DNA from: Polyangiales bacterium
GTDB taxonomy: Bacteria; Myxococcota_A; Polyangia; Polyangiales; Polyangiaceae
DNA length: 64,000 nt
Direction: 5' to 3'
Assembly: GCA_038231275.1 (NCBI GenBank)
Contig: JBBRLQ010000003.1
Span: 44,340 to 108,339 of the forward strand
A model generated the notes under the pieces. It made no database searches. It was not told the origin of the DNA and saw only the letters and a list, made by a program, of their open reading frames with translations. A program made the position numbers and the translations under genes. Shown here piece after piece: positions 1 through 9,011 of the stretch; the stretch's first letter is position 1, and the number at the start of each line of letters is the position of its first letter.

Positions 1-2
1 GC

Positions 3-1292
3 ATGGGTCACCTGTTCCCGTGGATGCACGAGCACGGCGAGCACGAAGCGGAGCACGGCACCGAACACGCGACCCCGGCGCCGGCCGAGAAGCACTCGTC
101 GCTCGACATCCTCATCCCTGAAGCGCACGCGCAGCAACCGGCTCCTGCTCCGGCGCCCGCTCCGGCGGCGCCCGCTCCTGCTCCGGCAGCCACTCGCGAC
201 GACGGCCAAGGCGGCGGCGCCGGCACCGGCGGCGGTCACGGACAAGGCGCCGGCACCGGCGCGCACGGCGGCGGGACCGGCACGGGCACCGGCGGCAGCC
301 ACGGCCAGCACTCCGGCACCGGCGGTGGAGCAGCGGCAGGCGACGACGGGCCCGCACGTCAGGCAGGCACCGGCGGCGGTCACGCGGCCGGCGTCGGCGG
401 CGGAGTGCACCAGGGCAAGGGTCGCCCCGAGCCGCTCGAGGTCGCCGAAGAGAAGGTGGCCGCGAAGAAGCGCCCCTGGCTCAACAGGAACGCGTTCCTG
501 GTTCGCGCGGTCATCTACTTCGCGATCTGGCTCTTCCTCGCGACGCGCCTCTTTGGCTTCTCCACGTCGCAGGACTCCTCCAAGGATCCGAAGCTGACAC
601 TCGCGGCCCAGAGCTTCGCGCCCGGCGGGACGATCCTATTCGGCCTCAGCCTCACGTTCGCGGCGTTCGACTGGCTCATGTCGCTGAACCCCGGCTGGTA
701 CTCGACGATCTTCGGCGTCACCATCTTCGCCGGCTCGGTCGTCGCCATCTTCGCGACGCTCATCCTCGTGACGATGGCGCTGAGGGATGACGGCCTCCTC
801 AAGGACGTGCTCAAGGTCGAGCACTTCCACGACATGGGGAAGCTGCTCTTCGGCTTCATGGTCTTCTGGGCGTACGTGAACTTCTCGCAGTTCATGCTCA
901 TCTGGTACGCGTCGCTGCCGGAGGAGACGGTCTACTTCCACCTCCGCTGGGACGTGGGCCCCTGGAAGAACATCAGCCTCGCGATCGTGTTCCTGCACTT
1001 CGTGGTGCCGTTCTTCACCATCGTGTCGCGCAACGCGAAGCGTCGCCTGTCGATCCTCCGCATCGGCGCGATCATCCTGCTCGCGATGCACTGCGTCGAG
1101 ATGTACTGGATCGTCATGCCGAACTACAAAGGCGGCGAGTCGAGCTTCCATTGGATGGACGCGGCTTGTTTCCTCGGCGTCGGCGGCCTGTACCTCGCCC
1201 TCGTCTTCAACCGGATGACGAAGCACCCGCTCATCCCGATCGGCGATCCGCGCCTCGCGCACTCCCTCCACCACGAGATCGAGAACGCGTAG
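3..1292 (+). CDS. 5'-partial polytopic membrane protein, possibly an NrfD/ActF-like quinol-oxidoreductase membrane subunit linked to the downstream oxidase genes
   Basis: The ORF is open to the window start. The C-terminal ~280 aa has about 7 hydrophobic helices (VIYFAIWLFLATRLFGF, STIFGVTIFAGSVVAIFATLILV, LLFGFMVFWAYVNFSQFMLIWY and others). The N-terminal ~150 aa is His/Gly/Pro/Ala low complexity. Naming it ActF/NrfD-like rests only on hydrophobicity and its position upstream of SCO1-coxBACD. Confidence 0.55.
   Translation: MGHLFPWMHEHGEHEAEHGTEHATPAPAEKHSSLDILIPEAHAQQPAPAPAPAPAAPAPAPAATRDDGQGGGAGTGGGHGQGAGTGAHGGGTGTGTGGSHGQHSGTGGGAAAGDDGPARQAGTGGGHAAGVGGGVHQGKGRPEPLEVAEEKVAAKKRPWLNRNAFLVRAVIYFAIWLFLATRLFGFSTSQDSSKDPKLTLAAQSFAPGGTILFGLSLTFAAFDWLMSLNPGWYSTIFGVTIFAGSVVAIFATLILVTMALRDDGLLKDVLKVEHFHDMGKLLFGFMVFWAYVNFSQFMLIWYASLPEETVYFHLRWDVGPWKNISLAIVFLHFVVPFFTIVSRNAKRRLSILRIGAIILLAMHCVEMYWIVMPNYKGGESSFHWMDAACFLGVGGLYLALVFNRMTKHPLIPIGDPRLAHSLHHEIENA
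139..415. repeat. low-complexity coding repeats (GCxCCx / GGCACCGGCGGCGG units) encoding PA- and G(T)G(H)-rich segments of the first ORF
   Basis: Visible reiteration of gctcc(t/g)gctccggcg and ggcaccggcggcgg units. Confidence 0.5.
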
Positions 1293-1294
1293 TC

Positions 1295-1852
1295 ATGGCC
1301 CACGAAAGCTCGAATCCCAAAGTTCGGATGATGTTCGTGACGGCGATCCTCGCCGCCATCAGCCTCGCGGTCTTCGATCAGATCTTCCGCTCCTATTACA
1401 ACATGATGATGGAGGGGGAGGAGTCGGAGAAGGTCCTCACCGTCGCGCCGAAGCAGCTCTTGGCCCTGCGAGCCGCAGAGCAGCAGCGCCTCACGTCGGC
1501 GGCGATGCCGATCGATCGCGCGATGAAGGAGCTCGGCACGCGCGGGCGCGAAGACCCGGCGTTGAAGGACGTCGCGAAGACCGACATCACGCCGCAGGCG
1601 TCCAACGATCTCGGCGCGGTGACCGGTTGGGGGCTCTTGGCCGCCAGCGCCGCGCCCGCCGCGCTCCTGGCGCCGGTCCCGACCGACGAGCACACCTCGT
1701 CCGGTGACGCCGGCGCTTTCGCGATGGACGGCGGCGGGCCTGGCGCGGTCCTCGCGACGGACGCGGGATTCCCGTCCGACGCGCGCGCGCCGAGCGTCGT
1801 CCCCAACCTGGCGCCTCGCGGCCCGTTCCCCGAGGCAGGAGCGCAGCACTGA
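1295..1852 (+). CDS. hypothetical membrane-anchored protein in the cytochrome oxidase cluster
   Basis: ATG at 1295 sits 3 nt after the upstream stop (codon 49 of track ORF 1151..1852). One N-terminal TM helix (MMFVTAILAAISLAVF) is followed by a soluble Ala/Pro-rich domain. The gene ends exactly where SCO1 starts. Confidence 0.5.
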   Translation: MAHESSNPKVRMMFVTAILAAISLAVFDQIFRSYYNMMMEGEESEKVLTVAPKQLLALRAAEQQRLTSAAMPIDRAMKELGTRGREDPALKDVAKTDITPQASNDLGAVTGWGLLAASAAPAALLAPVPTDEHTSSGDAGAFAMDGGGPGAVLATDAGFPSDARAPSVVPNLAPRGPFPEAGAQH

Positions 1853-2766
1853 TGTCGCGGTTCGGTTCCACCTTGTTCCGGCGCTTCGTGCGGCCCGTCG
1901 TGAGACTGGCGTGCGGGGTTGTCGCGTGCGCGGGGCTCGCCCTCGCGCCGAGCACGGCGGCGGCCGGCCCCGACGACGCGGTGGTCCCCAACGAGCTCAA
2001 GCACGTCAACGTCACCGAGCACCTCGACGCGCAGGTGCCCCTGGACGCGACCTTCAAGGATCACACCGGCAAGCCGGTGCGCCTCGGCCAGCTCTTCGAT
2101 GGCAAGCGCCCGGTGGTGCTGACCTTCGCGTACCACTCGTGCCCGGTCCTCTGCTCGATGGTCCTGAACGCGGTCACCGACGGCCTCCGCGACGTGAAGG
2201 GCACCGTCGGCGTCGACTTCGACGTCATCACGATCAGCATCGACCCGCGCGACACGTTCGAGAAGACGTCCGCCAAGCGCGCATCGATCCTTGCACAATA
2301 CAAGCGCCCCGAAGCCGAAACCGGCTGGCATTTCCTCTTGGGCGACGAGACCACGATCCAGCGCGTCGCGGCTGCGGTCGGCTACGAGTACAGCTACGAC
2401 GCGGAGCAGCAGCAGTACGCGCACCCCGCCGTCATCATGCTGCTGAAGCCTGGCGGCCGCGTCAGCCGCTACCTCTACGGCATCGAATTCAATCCGAACG
2501 ATCTCAAGCTCGGGCTCCTCGAGGCGACCGAGGGCAAGAGCGTCTCCACGATCGATCGGGTCATCATGTACTGCTACCGGTACGACCCGCACGACGGAAA
2601 GTACGTCGTCGTCGCGACGCGCCTGATGAAGGTGGGCGGCGGTCTCACCGGACTATTTTTGATCGGCTTCCTCGGTGTCTTCTGGATCCGCGAACGGACG
2701 AAGGCGAAGAAGACCGCGAACGAGACCAAAGAATCCGCAGCCAAGTTGGCGGAGGCAACAGAATGA
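1852..2766 (+). CDS. SCO1/SenC family copper chaperone (thioredoxin-like, CxxxC) with C-terminal TM anchor
   Basis: Motif HSCPVLC (CxxxC) in a thioredoxin-like fold with a conserved downstream His region; C-terminal hydrophobic helix LTGLFLIGFLGVFWI. Its stop overlaps the coxB ATG (ATGA). Confidence 0.85.
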   Translation: MSRFGSTLFRRFVRPVVRLACGVVACAGLALAPSTAAAGPDDAVVPNELKHVNVTEHLDAQVPLDATFKDHTGKPVRLGQLFDGKRPVVLTFAYHSCPVLCSMVLNAVTDGLRDVKGTVGVDFDVITISIDPRDTFEKTSAKRASILAQYKRPEAETGWHFLLGDETTIQRVAAAVGYEYSYDAEQQQYAHPAVIMLLKPGGRVSRYLYGIEFNPNDLKLGLLEATEGKSVSTIDRVIMYCYRYDPHDGKYVVVATRLMKVGGGLTGLFLIGFLGVFWIRERTKAKKTANETKESAAKLAEATE

Positions 2767-3761
2767 TGCTGGCTAGTTTTCTCGATAGCTCCTTCTTCGG
2801 CAGCTCCTTCTTCGACCCGGTCCCGATGAAGTGGGAAGGGCAGATGCCCGAGTCGATGGCCGTGGGGGCACCCCACGTCGACTGGGTGTACTACGCCATC
2901 TACTACTTCTCGCTCTTCTTCCAGGTCGTCATCACGGGCGTGATGTTCTACTTCGTCTGGAAGTACAAGCGGAAGAAGGGCGACAAGCTCGAGACCCCGC
3001 CCGATCTCACGCGCCTCGAGATCATGTGGACGGTGCTCCCGCTGTTCTTCATCGTGATCCTCTTCCACGTCGGCTTCAAAGGCTACGTGAAGAACGCGAT
3101 CGCCGGCGACGGCGCGCTCGAGATCCGCGTCCGCGGAAAGCAGTGGCTGTGGGAGTTCGAGTACCCGAACGGCATGAAGGAGAACGGCAAGCTCGTCGTC
3201 CCCATCAACCGGCCGGTGAAGATGATCATGTCGAGCGACGACGTGATCCACAGCTTCTTCATCCCCGAGTTCCGCATCAAGAAGGACGTCGTCCCCGGCA
3301 TGTACTCGAACGTCGTGTTCGAGGCGAACAGGCTCGGCCCCGCGCACGTGTTCTGCACCGAGTACTGCGGCACCAGCCACTCCGGCATGCTCGCCGAGGT
3401 GCAGGTGATGACGACCGAGGCGTGGGACGATTACATGAAGAAAGGCCCGCCGCCTCCGCCAGAGTGCGAGGGCCGGCCCGCGTGCTGGGGCGAGAAGCTC
3501 TTCGTGCAGAACGCCTGCGTCACCTGCCACTCGCGCGACGGCGCCAAGTCGCCGGGGCCGACGTTCAAGGGCGTCTATGGCCGCAAAGAGCAGATGAAGA
3601 CGGGCGACATGGTGGACATCGAGGAGAACTACATCAAGGAGTCCATCCGCAAGCCGCAAGCCAAGATCGTCATGGGCTACGAGAACGTCGTGATGCCCAC
3701 GTTCTCGCTCAGCGACAACCAGGTCGACGCGCTGATCGCGTACCTGAAGACGATCAAATAG
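2763..3761 (+). CDS. coxB: cytochrome c oxidase subunit II with fused C-terminal cytochrome c domain (caa3-type)
   Basis: Two N-terminal TM helices; CuA site HSFFIPEF...[12 protein letters not shown]; C-terminal haem c motif CVTCH. The ATG at 2763 overlaps the SCO1 stop. Confidence 0.9.
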   Translation: MMLASFLDSSFFGSSFFDPVPMKWEGQMPESMAVGAPHVDWVYYAIYYFSLFFQVVITGVMFYFVWKYKRKKGDKLETPPDLTRLEIMWTVLPLFFIVILFHVGFKGYVKNAIAGDGALEIRVRGKQWLWEFEYPNGMKENGKLVVPINRPVKMIMSSDDVIHSFFIPEFRIKKDVVPGMYSNVVFEANRLGPAHVFCTEYCGTSHSGMLAEVQVMTTEAWDDYMKKGPPPPPECEGRPACWGEKLFVQNACVTCHSRDGAKSPGPTFKGVYGRKEQMKTGDMVDIEENYIKESIRKPQAKIVMGYENVVMPTFSLSDNQVDALIAYLKTIK

Positions 3762-3798
3762 CGCGCACCTTAGCCGTATCCGCAGAGGACAGACGCAA

Positions 3799-5469
3799 AT
3801 GACCGCAGCAGCAACCCACTCTCCCGCCCACGACGACCACCCCGATCCGACCGAGAGCTACCTGAAGGCTACGCACTCGCTCATCCCGGGTGCGCGCGGC
3901 CTCCTCGCCTGGCTCACGACGCTCGATCACAAGCGGATCGGCGTCATGTACCTGATCAGCGTCCTTACGGCGTTCATGATCGGCGGCGTCTTCGCGCTCC
4001 TCGTCCGGCTGGAGCTCATGAGCCCCGGCAAGACGATCATGGATGCGGACACGTACAACCACATGTTCACGCTGCACGGCGTCGTCATGGTGTTTCTCTT
4101 CATCATCCCGTCGATCCCGGCGGCGATGGGGAACATCATCATGCCGATCCAGCTCGGCGCGAAGGACGTCGCCTTCCCGCGCCTGAACTTGATGAGCTTC
4201 TACATCTACGCGTTCGGCGCCTGCTTCGCGCTCTACAGCATGATCAACGGCGGCGTGGACACCGGGTGGACGTTCTACACCCCGTACAGCGCGCGCTCGA
4301 ACTCGTTCGTCATCCCGATGATCCTCGGCGCGTTCATCATGGGGTTCAGCTCCATCCTCACGGGCGTGAACTTCATCGCGACGATCCACAAGATGCGCGC
4401 GCCGGGCCTCACCTGGGGGCGCCTGTCGCTCTTCACGTGGTCGCTCTACGCGACGAGCATCATGCAGGTCCTGGCGACGCCGGTGCTCGCGATCACGCTG
4501 CTCCTCCTCACGATGGAGCGCACGCTCGGCATGGGCATCTTCGATCCCAAGCTCGGCGGAGACCCCGTCCTCTTCCAGCACTTCTTCTGGTTTTACTCGC
4601 ACCCGGCCGTCTACATCATGATCGTCCCGGGCATGGGCGTCGTGAGCGAGCTCATCGGCACGTTCGCGCGACGTCAGCTCGTCGGCTACTGGTTCATCGC
4701 GATGAGCTCGATCGGCCTCGCGCTGCTCGGCTTCCTCGTGTGGGGCCACCACCTCTTCGTCAGCGGCATGAGCGAGTACGCGGCGGCGATCTTCTCGGCG
4801 CTGACGTTCCTCGTGGCCATCCCGAGCGGTGTGAAGATCTTCAACTGGGTCGCCACGCTGCACAAGGCGAGCATTTCCCTGCAGACGCCGATGCTGTGGG
4901 CGCTCGCGTTCATCTTCGAGTTCACGATCGGCGGCCTCACCGGCCTCTTCCTCGGGATGCTCGCAACCGACGTGCACCTCCACGACACGTACTTCGTCGT
5001 CGCGCACTTCCACTACGTCATGGTCGGCGGCACCGTGATGGGCTTCTTCGGAGGCCTTCACTACTGGTGGCCGAAGTTCACCGGCAAGATGTACAGCGAG
5101 CGGCTGGGGCAGATCGGATTCGTGCTCGTGACGTTCGGCTTCAACCTGACGTTCATGACGCAGTTCGTGCTCGGCTCGCGCGGCATGCCGCGTCGCTACT
5201 ACGACTACTTGCCCGAGTACCACGAGCTCCACAGGTGGTCGACGATCGGATCCTGGTTCATCGGCGCGGGCTTCCTGACGCTCCTCTACATGTTCATCCA
5301 GTCGCTGCGCAGCGGCCCGAAGGCGCCGCGTAACCCGTGGGGATCGGCGGCGCTCGAGTGGCAGGTCCCGTCGCCGGCGCCGCTCGGCAACTTCCTGAAG
5401 GAGCCGCGGATCACGCGCGGTCCGTACGACTACCACCTCGCCAAGCCCGAGGAGCTCGAGCAAGAATGA
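3799..5469 (+). CDS. coxA: cytochrome c oxidase subunit I
   Basis: 556 aa, 12-TM haem-copper oxidase subunit I signature ([30 protein letters not shown]). Confidence 0.95.
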   Translation: MTAAATHSPAHDDHPDPTESYLKATHSLIPGARGLLAWLTTLDHKRIGVMYLISVLTAFMIGGVFALLVRLELMSPGKTIMDADTYNHMFTLHGVVMVFLFIIPSIPAAMGNIIMPIQLGAKDVAFPRLNLMSFYIYAFGACFALYSMINGGVDTGWTFYTPYSARSNSFVIPMILGAFIMGFSSILTGVNFIATIHKMRAPGLTWGRLSLFTWSLYATSIMQVLATPVLAITLLLLTMERTLGMGIFDPKLGGDPVLFQHFFWFYSHPAVYIMIVPGMGVVSELIGTFARRQLVGYWFIAMSSIGLALLGFLVWGHHLFVSGMSEYAAAIFSALTFLVAIPSGVKIFNWVATLHKASISLQTPMLWALAFIFEFTIGGLTGLFLGMLATDVHLHDTYFVVAHFHYVMVGGTVMGFFGGLHYWWPKFTGKMYSERLGQIGFVLVTFGFNLTFMTQFVLGSRGMPRRYYDYLPEYHELHRWSTIGSWFIGAGFLTLLYMFIQSLRSGPKAPRNPWGSAALEWQVPSPAPLGNFLKEPRITRGPYDYHLAKPEELEQE

Positions 5470-6155
5470 GCAGCGCAGACGCCGCCGACGATCACGGCCA
5501 CGATCACCCGAAGTTTCTCCAGCACCAGTTCGACACGCCGGCGCAGCAGTTCGAGGCGGCGAAGATCGGGATGTGGGCGTTCCTCGGGCAGGAGCTCTTG
5601 TTCTTCAGCGGCCTGTTCGTCGCCTACGGCATCTTCCGGAGCTGGTATCCGGAGATGTTCAGCATGGCGTCGCACCAGCTGAACCGCCCGATGGGCGCGG
5701 CGAACACGATCGTGCTCCTCTTCAGCAGCCTCACCGCCGCGCTCGCGGTGCGCAGCGCGCAGACGGGCAACAAGGCGGCGACGAGCCGGTTTTTGCTCAT
5801 CACCATCGGCTGCGCGTTCATCTTCTTGATCGTCAAATACTTCGAGTACGTGCACAAATTCGAGGCAGGCCTCCTGCCGGCGCACTACTTCCACCCGCAC
5901 GCGGATCACCTCGTGCCGGGGACCACGATCCCCGAGAACGGCGGCTCGTTCTTCGCGATCTATTTCATGATGACCGGCGTACACGGCATCCACGTGCTCG
6001 TGGGCATCGGCGTCATGATCTGGATCTGGCGACGCAACGAGCGCGGCGACTTCAGCGCGAAGTACTTCACCCCGGTGGATTTGGTGGCCCTCTACTGGCA
6101 CCTCGTCGACTTGGTGTGGATCTACCTGTTCCCGCTCCTCTACTTGATCGATTGA
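5466..6155 (+). CDS. coxC: cytochrome c oxidase subunit III
   Basis: The ATG at 5466 (codon 44 of track ORF 5337..6155) overlaps the coxA stop (ATGA). Polytopic membrane protein with the typical subunit III C-terminus ([15 protein letters not shown]). Confidence 0.9.
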   Translation: MSSADAADDHGHDHPKFLQHQFDTPAQQFEAAKIGMWAFLGQELLFFSGLFVAYGIFRSWYPEMFSMASHQLNRPMGAANTIVLLFSSLTAALAVRSAQTGNKAATSRFLLITIGCAFIFLIVKYFEYVHKFEAGLLPAHYFHPHADHLVPGTTIPENGGSFFAIYFMMTGVHGIHVLVGIGVMIWIWRRNERGDFSAKYFTPVDLVALYWHLVDLVWIYLFPLLYLID

Positions 6156-6177
6156 AGGAAGACCGAGGAAGACGAAC

Positions 6178-6687
6178 ATGAGTCACCCGGAACACGTCGC
6201 GCCCGATCAAGAGCACGAGGGGCAGTACGACGTTCACACCCACATCTCGTCGGTGGGCTTCTACGTCTTCATCCTGACGACGCTGATGATCCTGACGCTC
6301 CTGACGGTGGGGGTCTCGTACATCCACCTCGGGCGCTTGAACCTCGTCGTCGCGGTCGTCATCGCGTCGATCAAGGCGAGCCTCGTCATCACGTTCTTCA
6401 TGCACCTGAAGTACGACAACAAGTTCAACGCGATGATCCTCGTCGTGTCGCTGCTCTTCATCGGCGTGTTCTTCGCGTACGTCATGAACGACACCGAGCA
6501 CCGCGCGGAGATCGACAACGATCAGGGCGGCAGGATCAGCGGATCGACGGGCGCAGCGGCGCCTGGCGGCATGGAGCATCACGTGGTGGCCCCTGCCGGA
6601 TCGGCTCCTGCGGCCGGCGACCACGCAGCGCCCGCAGGTGACCACGCGGCCCCTGCTCCCGCCCCGGCCCCCGCGCCGCACCACTGA
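6178..6687 (+). CDS. coxD: cytochrome c oxidase subunit IV (prokaryotic caa3 CoxD-like) with His/Ala/Pro-rich C-terminal tail
   Basis: Small 3-TM protein directly after coxC (FYVFILTTLMILTLLTV, LVVAVVIASIKASLVITFFMHLKYDNKFNAMILV). The tail is ...GDHAAPAGDHAAPAPAPAPAPHH. Confidence 0.7.
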   Translation: MSHPEHVAPDQEHEGQYDVHTHISSVGFYVFILTTLMILTLLTVGVSYIHLGRLNLVVAVVIASIKASLVITFFMHLKYDNKFNAMILVVSLLFIGVFFAYVMNDTEHRAEIDNDQGGRISGSTGAAAPGGMEHHVVAPAGSAPAAGDHAAPAGDHAAPAPAPAPAPHH

Positions 6688-6718
6688 TCCGACGTCCCGC
6701 TCGGCAGGTCACGTCAGG

Positions 6719-7333
6719 TCAGGTCAGGTAGCGGACGATTAGCGTCGTCGTCTCCTCCACCAGCGCCTCGCTGTCGAGCAAGGCCGGCTCGTGGAGGACG
6801 GCGCCGTGCGTGATCGCCTCGACGACGTGCGCGGTGAGGAACGCCGCCATATCGAGATCGCGCGGACGGACCTCGTCCTTGTGCGCCTCGAGGTAAGCGC
6901 GGACCAGCGTCCGGCTGCGTGACTCGACCTGCTCGATGCGCTGGAGGCGGCCCAGGCGAGGCACCTGCTCGACCAGGACGCGGTGCAGGCGCGGGTCGAT
7001 GCGGTGGGCGGCGATCATGACGCGGATGGCCTCGCGCACGGCGACGGCGAGGGGCGCCATGGCCAGCTCGGCGGCCTTCTCTTCGATCATCGTTGTCATC
7101 GCGGCCATGTGGCGATCGATGAGCGCGGCGACGAGCGCCTCCTTGCTGGGGAAGTACTGGTAGAGGGAGCCCACGCTGACGCCGGCCGCCTCGGCGATGC
7201 GGGTGGTGCTGGCGTGGTCGTAGCCCTCCTTGACGAGGATGCGAGCGGTCGCTTCGAGGAGCACGTCGACTGTGGCCTTGGCACGCTCCTGGGCCGGGAT
7301 TTTACGAGCGATCGTGCGGGGACGGGGGGGCAT
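6719..7333 (-). CDS. TetR/AcrR family transcriptional regulator
   Basis: N-terminal HTH signature ARILVKEGYDHASTTRIAEAAGVSVGSLYQYFPSKEAL. Start set to the ATG at 7333 (codon 17 of the track ORF). Confidence 0.85.
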   Translation of the reverse strand: MPPRPRTIARKIPAQERAKATVDVLLEATARILVKEGYDHASTTRIAEAAGVSVGSLYQYFPSKEALVAALIDRHMAAMTTMIEEKAAELAMAPLAVAVREAIRVMIAAHRIDPRLHRVLVEQVPRLGRLQRIEQVESRSRTLVRAYLEAHKDEVRPRDLDMAAFLTAHVVEAITHGAVLHEPALLDSEALVEETTTLIVRYLT

Positions 7334-7350
7334 GGCGGCCTCTCGGGAAC

Positions 7351-7379
7351 GCGAGTTGTGAATGTGAGCGTTCACTCGC
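7351..7379. promoter_or_regulatory. imperfect inverted repeat (GCGAGTtGTGAA-N8-TTCACTCGC), candidate TetR operator in the divergent TetR/Coq4-like intergenic region
   Basis: GTGAA/TTCAC and GCGAGT/ACTCGC arms flank an 8-nt spacer, 18 nt upstream of the TetR ATG and 29 nt upstream of the Coq4-like ATG. Confidence 0.5.
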
Positions 7380-7407
7380 ATATTGAAGTCGTGAGAGGAG
7401 AGACGCC

Positions 7408-8079
7408 ATGAAAAATCCGCTTCGGCTCGCGCGCGCCCTTTCGAGCGCCGTGCGCCTGCTTCGAGATCCCAGCCGCCTCGACGAGGTGTTCCAGATGGCC
7501 GACGCGATGGTCGAGCCGACGGTGCTCCGCGCGATGGCCGACGCCGTCGCCAAAGACCCCGAAGGGGCCCGCGCGCTCGCCGAGCGTCCGCGCATCGGGC
7601 GAATCGATCTGGTGGCGCTGCGGCGGCTCCCCGAGGGCACGCTGGGGCGCGCGTTCGCCGAGCACATGCTCGCGGCAGGGCTCGATCCCGAGGCGCTGCC
7701 GCTCCTGACCGCCGACGACCCGCTGACGTACCTGCGCGCGCACCTCTACGAGACGCATGACGTGTGGCACGTGGTGACCGGGTTCGCGACCGACGTGGCG
7801 GGGGAGCTCGGGCTTCAGGCGTTCTACGTCGCGCAGGTGCCGGGGCGGCTGGCGCCGGCGCTGGTGGCGGGCGGGCTGCTCAACGCGGTCTTCTACCAGT
7901 GGGACGAGCGGGACGCGCGCATGCGGGCGATCGTGCGCGGGTGGCTGCTCGGCAAGCGCGCGCGGCCGCTCTTCGGGGCGCGCTGGGCCTCGATGTGGGA
8001 GGTGCCGCTCGACGAGGTCAGGCGCCGCTTCGGGGTCGACGTGGACGCCGTCGAGGACGCACTCCCTCGGGCTGCCTAG
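7408..8079 (+). CDS. Coq4-family protein (ubiquinone biosynthesis Coq4-like, HDxxH zinc-binding motif)
   Basis: Motif ETHDVWHVVTGFATDVAGE matches the Coq4 HDxxH-(x)~11-E signature. The gene is divergent from the TetR gene. Confidence 0.65.
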   Translation: MKNPLRLARALSSAVRLLRDPSRLDEVFQMADAMVEPTVLRAMADAVAKDPEGARALAERPRIGRIDLVALRRLPEGTLGRAFAEHMLAAGLDPEALPLLTADDPLTYLRAHLYETHDVWHVVTGFATDVAGELGLQAFYVAQVPGRLAPALVAGGLLNAVFYQWDERDARMRAIVRGWLLGKRARPLFGARWASMWEVPLDEVRRRFGVDVDAVEDALPRAA

Positions 8080-8090
8080 GCCGGCGTAGG

Positions 8091-9011
8091 TCAGATCGTG
8101 ATGGAGGCAAGCTTAGCCGTCGTGAGGATCGAATAGATGCTCGTGATGAGCCCCTCGTCGTCGACGTCGCAGGCGAGGAGCGTGCGCGGCGCGACGCGGC
8201 GGGGGACCGGGGCACGATCCACGACGACCGCCACCGTGCCGTTGACGAGAACGAGCTCGGCGCGGACCACGTTGGGGTGACGGGTGATGCCGAGGAAGAG
8301 GCGCGCGACGCGGTCCTTTCGCACGACCACGCGGCGCTGCGCGAGGAACTCGCCGCCGCCGTCGCCGATCGCGCGCGCGCCGGACGCCAGCATCGCCTCG
8401 AGGGCCGCGCCGTCCTTCATCGCGAGCGCGCCAAGGAAGCGCTGGAGGGCCTCGCCCGAACGTTCCGCAGCGCCGGGCGTCGGTCGCGAGCGATCGTACG
8501 CGTCGAGGGCGCGGCGCGCGCGGTGGTGCGTGACCTTCACGTTGCCCTCGGTCATCTCGAGGAGCTCCGCCGCCTCGCGTACGGAGTAGTCGAAGACGTC
8601 GCGAAGCAAGAGCACAGCGCGCTCGCGCGTCCCGAGCGCTTCGAGGGCGAGCAGGAACGCGAACGTGACGCTCTCGAACCGGTCGTACCGCGCGTTCGGC
8701 GCATGCTCCTCTTCTTCGAATCGCGCGGTGAGCGCCGGCGCTGGCAGCCAGGGTCCGGTGTAGCCGTCGCGCGTCCGCCGCCGCAGCACGTCGCGCGAGA
8801 GGTTGAGCGCGACCTTCGTGAGCCACGGGCGCCATGGCTCCTCGGTTCGCGCCGGCGGCGTGACGAGCGCGCGCACGAAGGTCTCCTGCACGACGTCGTC
8901 CGCGTCCGCGCCGCTCCCGGTCATCCGGTACGACAGGCCCCAGAGGAAGCGACGGTGCTCCTCGAAGATCGCGCTGCGGGTCGGCGCGGCTTCAGCAGTG
9001 CGATTCGGCAT
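8091..9011 (-). CDS. ECF sigma factor with C-terminal SnoaL-like extension (ECF41/SigJ-like)
   Basis: Sigma-70 region 2 (DADDVVQETFVRAL) and region 4 (LLLRDVFDYSVREAAELLEMTEGNVKVTHHRARRAL), plus a ~120 aa C-terminal extension typical of ECF41. Confidence 0.85.
   Translation of the reverse strand: MPNRTAEAAPTRSAIFEEHRRFLWGLSYRMTGSGADADDVVQETFVRALVTPPARTEEPWRPWLTKVALNLSRDVLRRRTRDGYTGPWLPAPALTARFEEEEHAPNARYDRFESVTFAFLLALEALGTRERAVLLLRDVFDYSVREAAELLEMTEGNVKVTHHRARRALDAYDRSRPTPGAAERSGEALQRFLGALAMKDGAALEAMLASGARAIGDGGGEFLAQRRVVVRKDRVARLFLGITRHPNVVRAELVLVNGTVAVVVDRAPVPRRVAPRTLLACDVDDEGLITSIYSILTTAKLASITI

Noticed and set aside
3754-5463. 569-aa minus-strand ORF
   Set aside because: Antisense to cytochrome oxidase subunit I; the translation is R/E/D/A-rich low complexity.
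6688-6718. GGTCA-like tandem pentamers (caggtcacgtcaggtcaggtcaggtag) between convergent coxD and the TetR gene
   Set aside because: Too short and imperfect to call a repeat element. There is no convincing hairpin, so I did not annotate a terminator.
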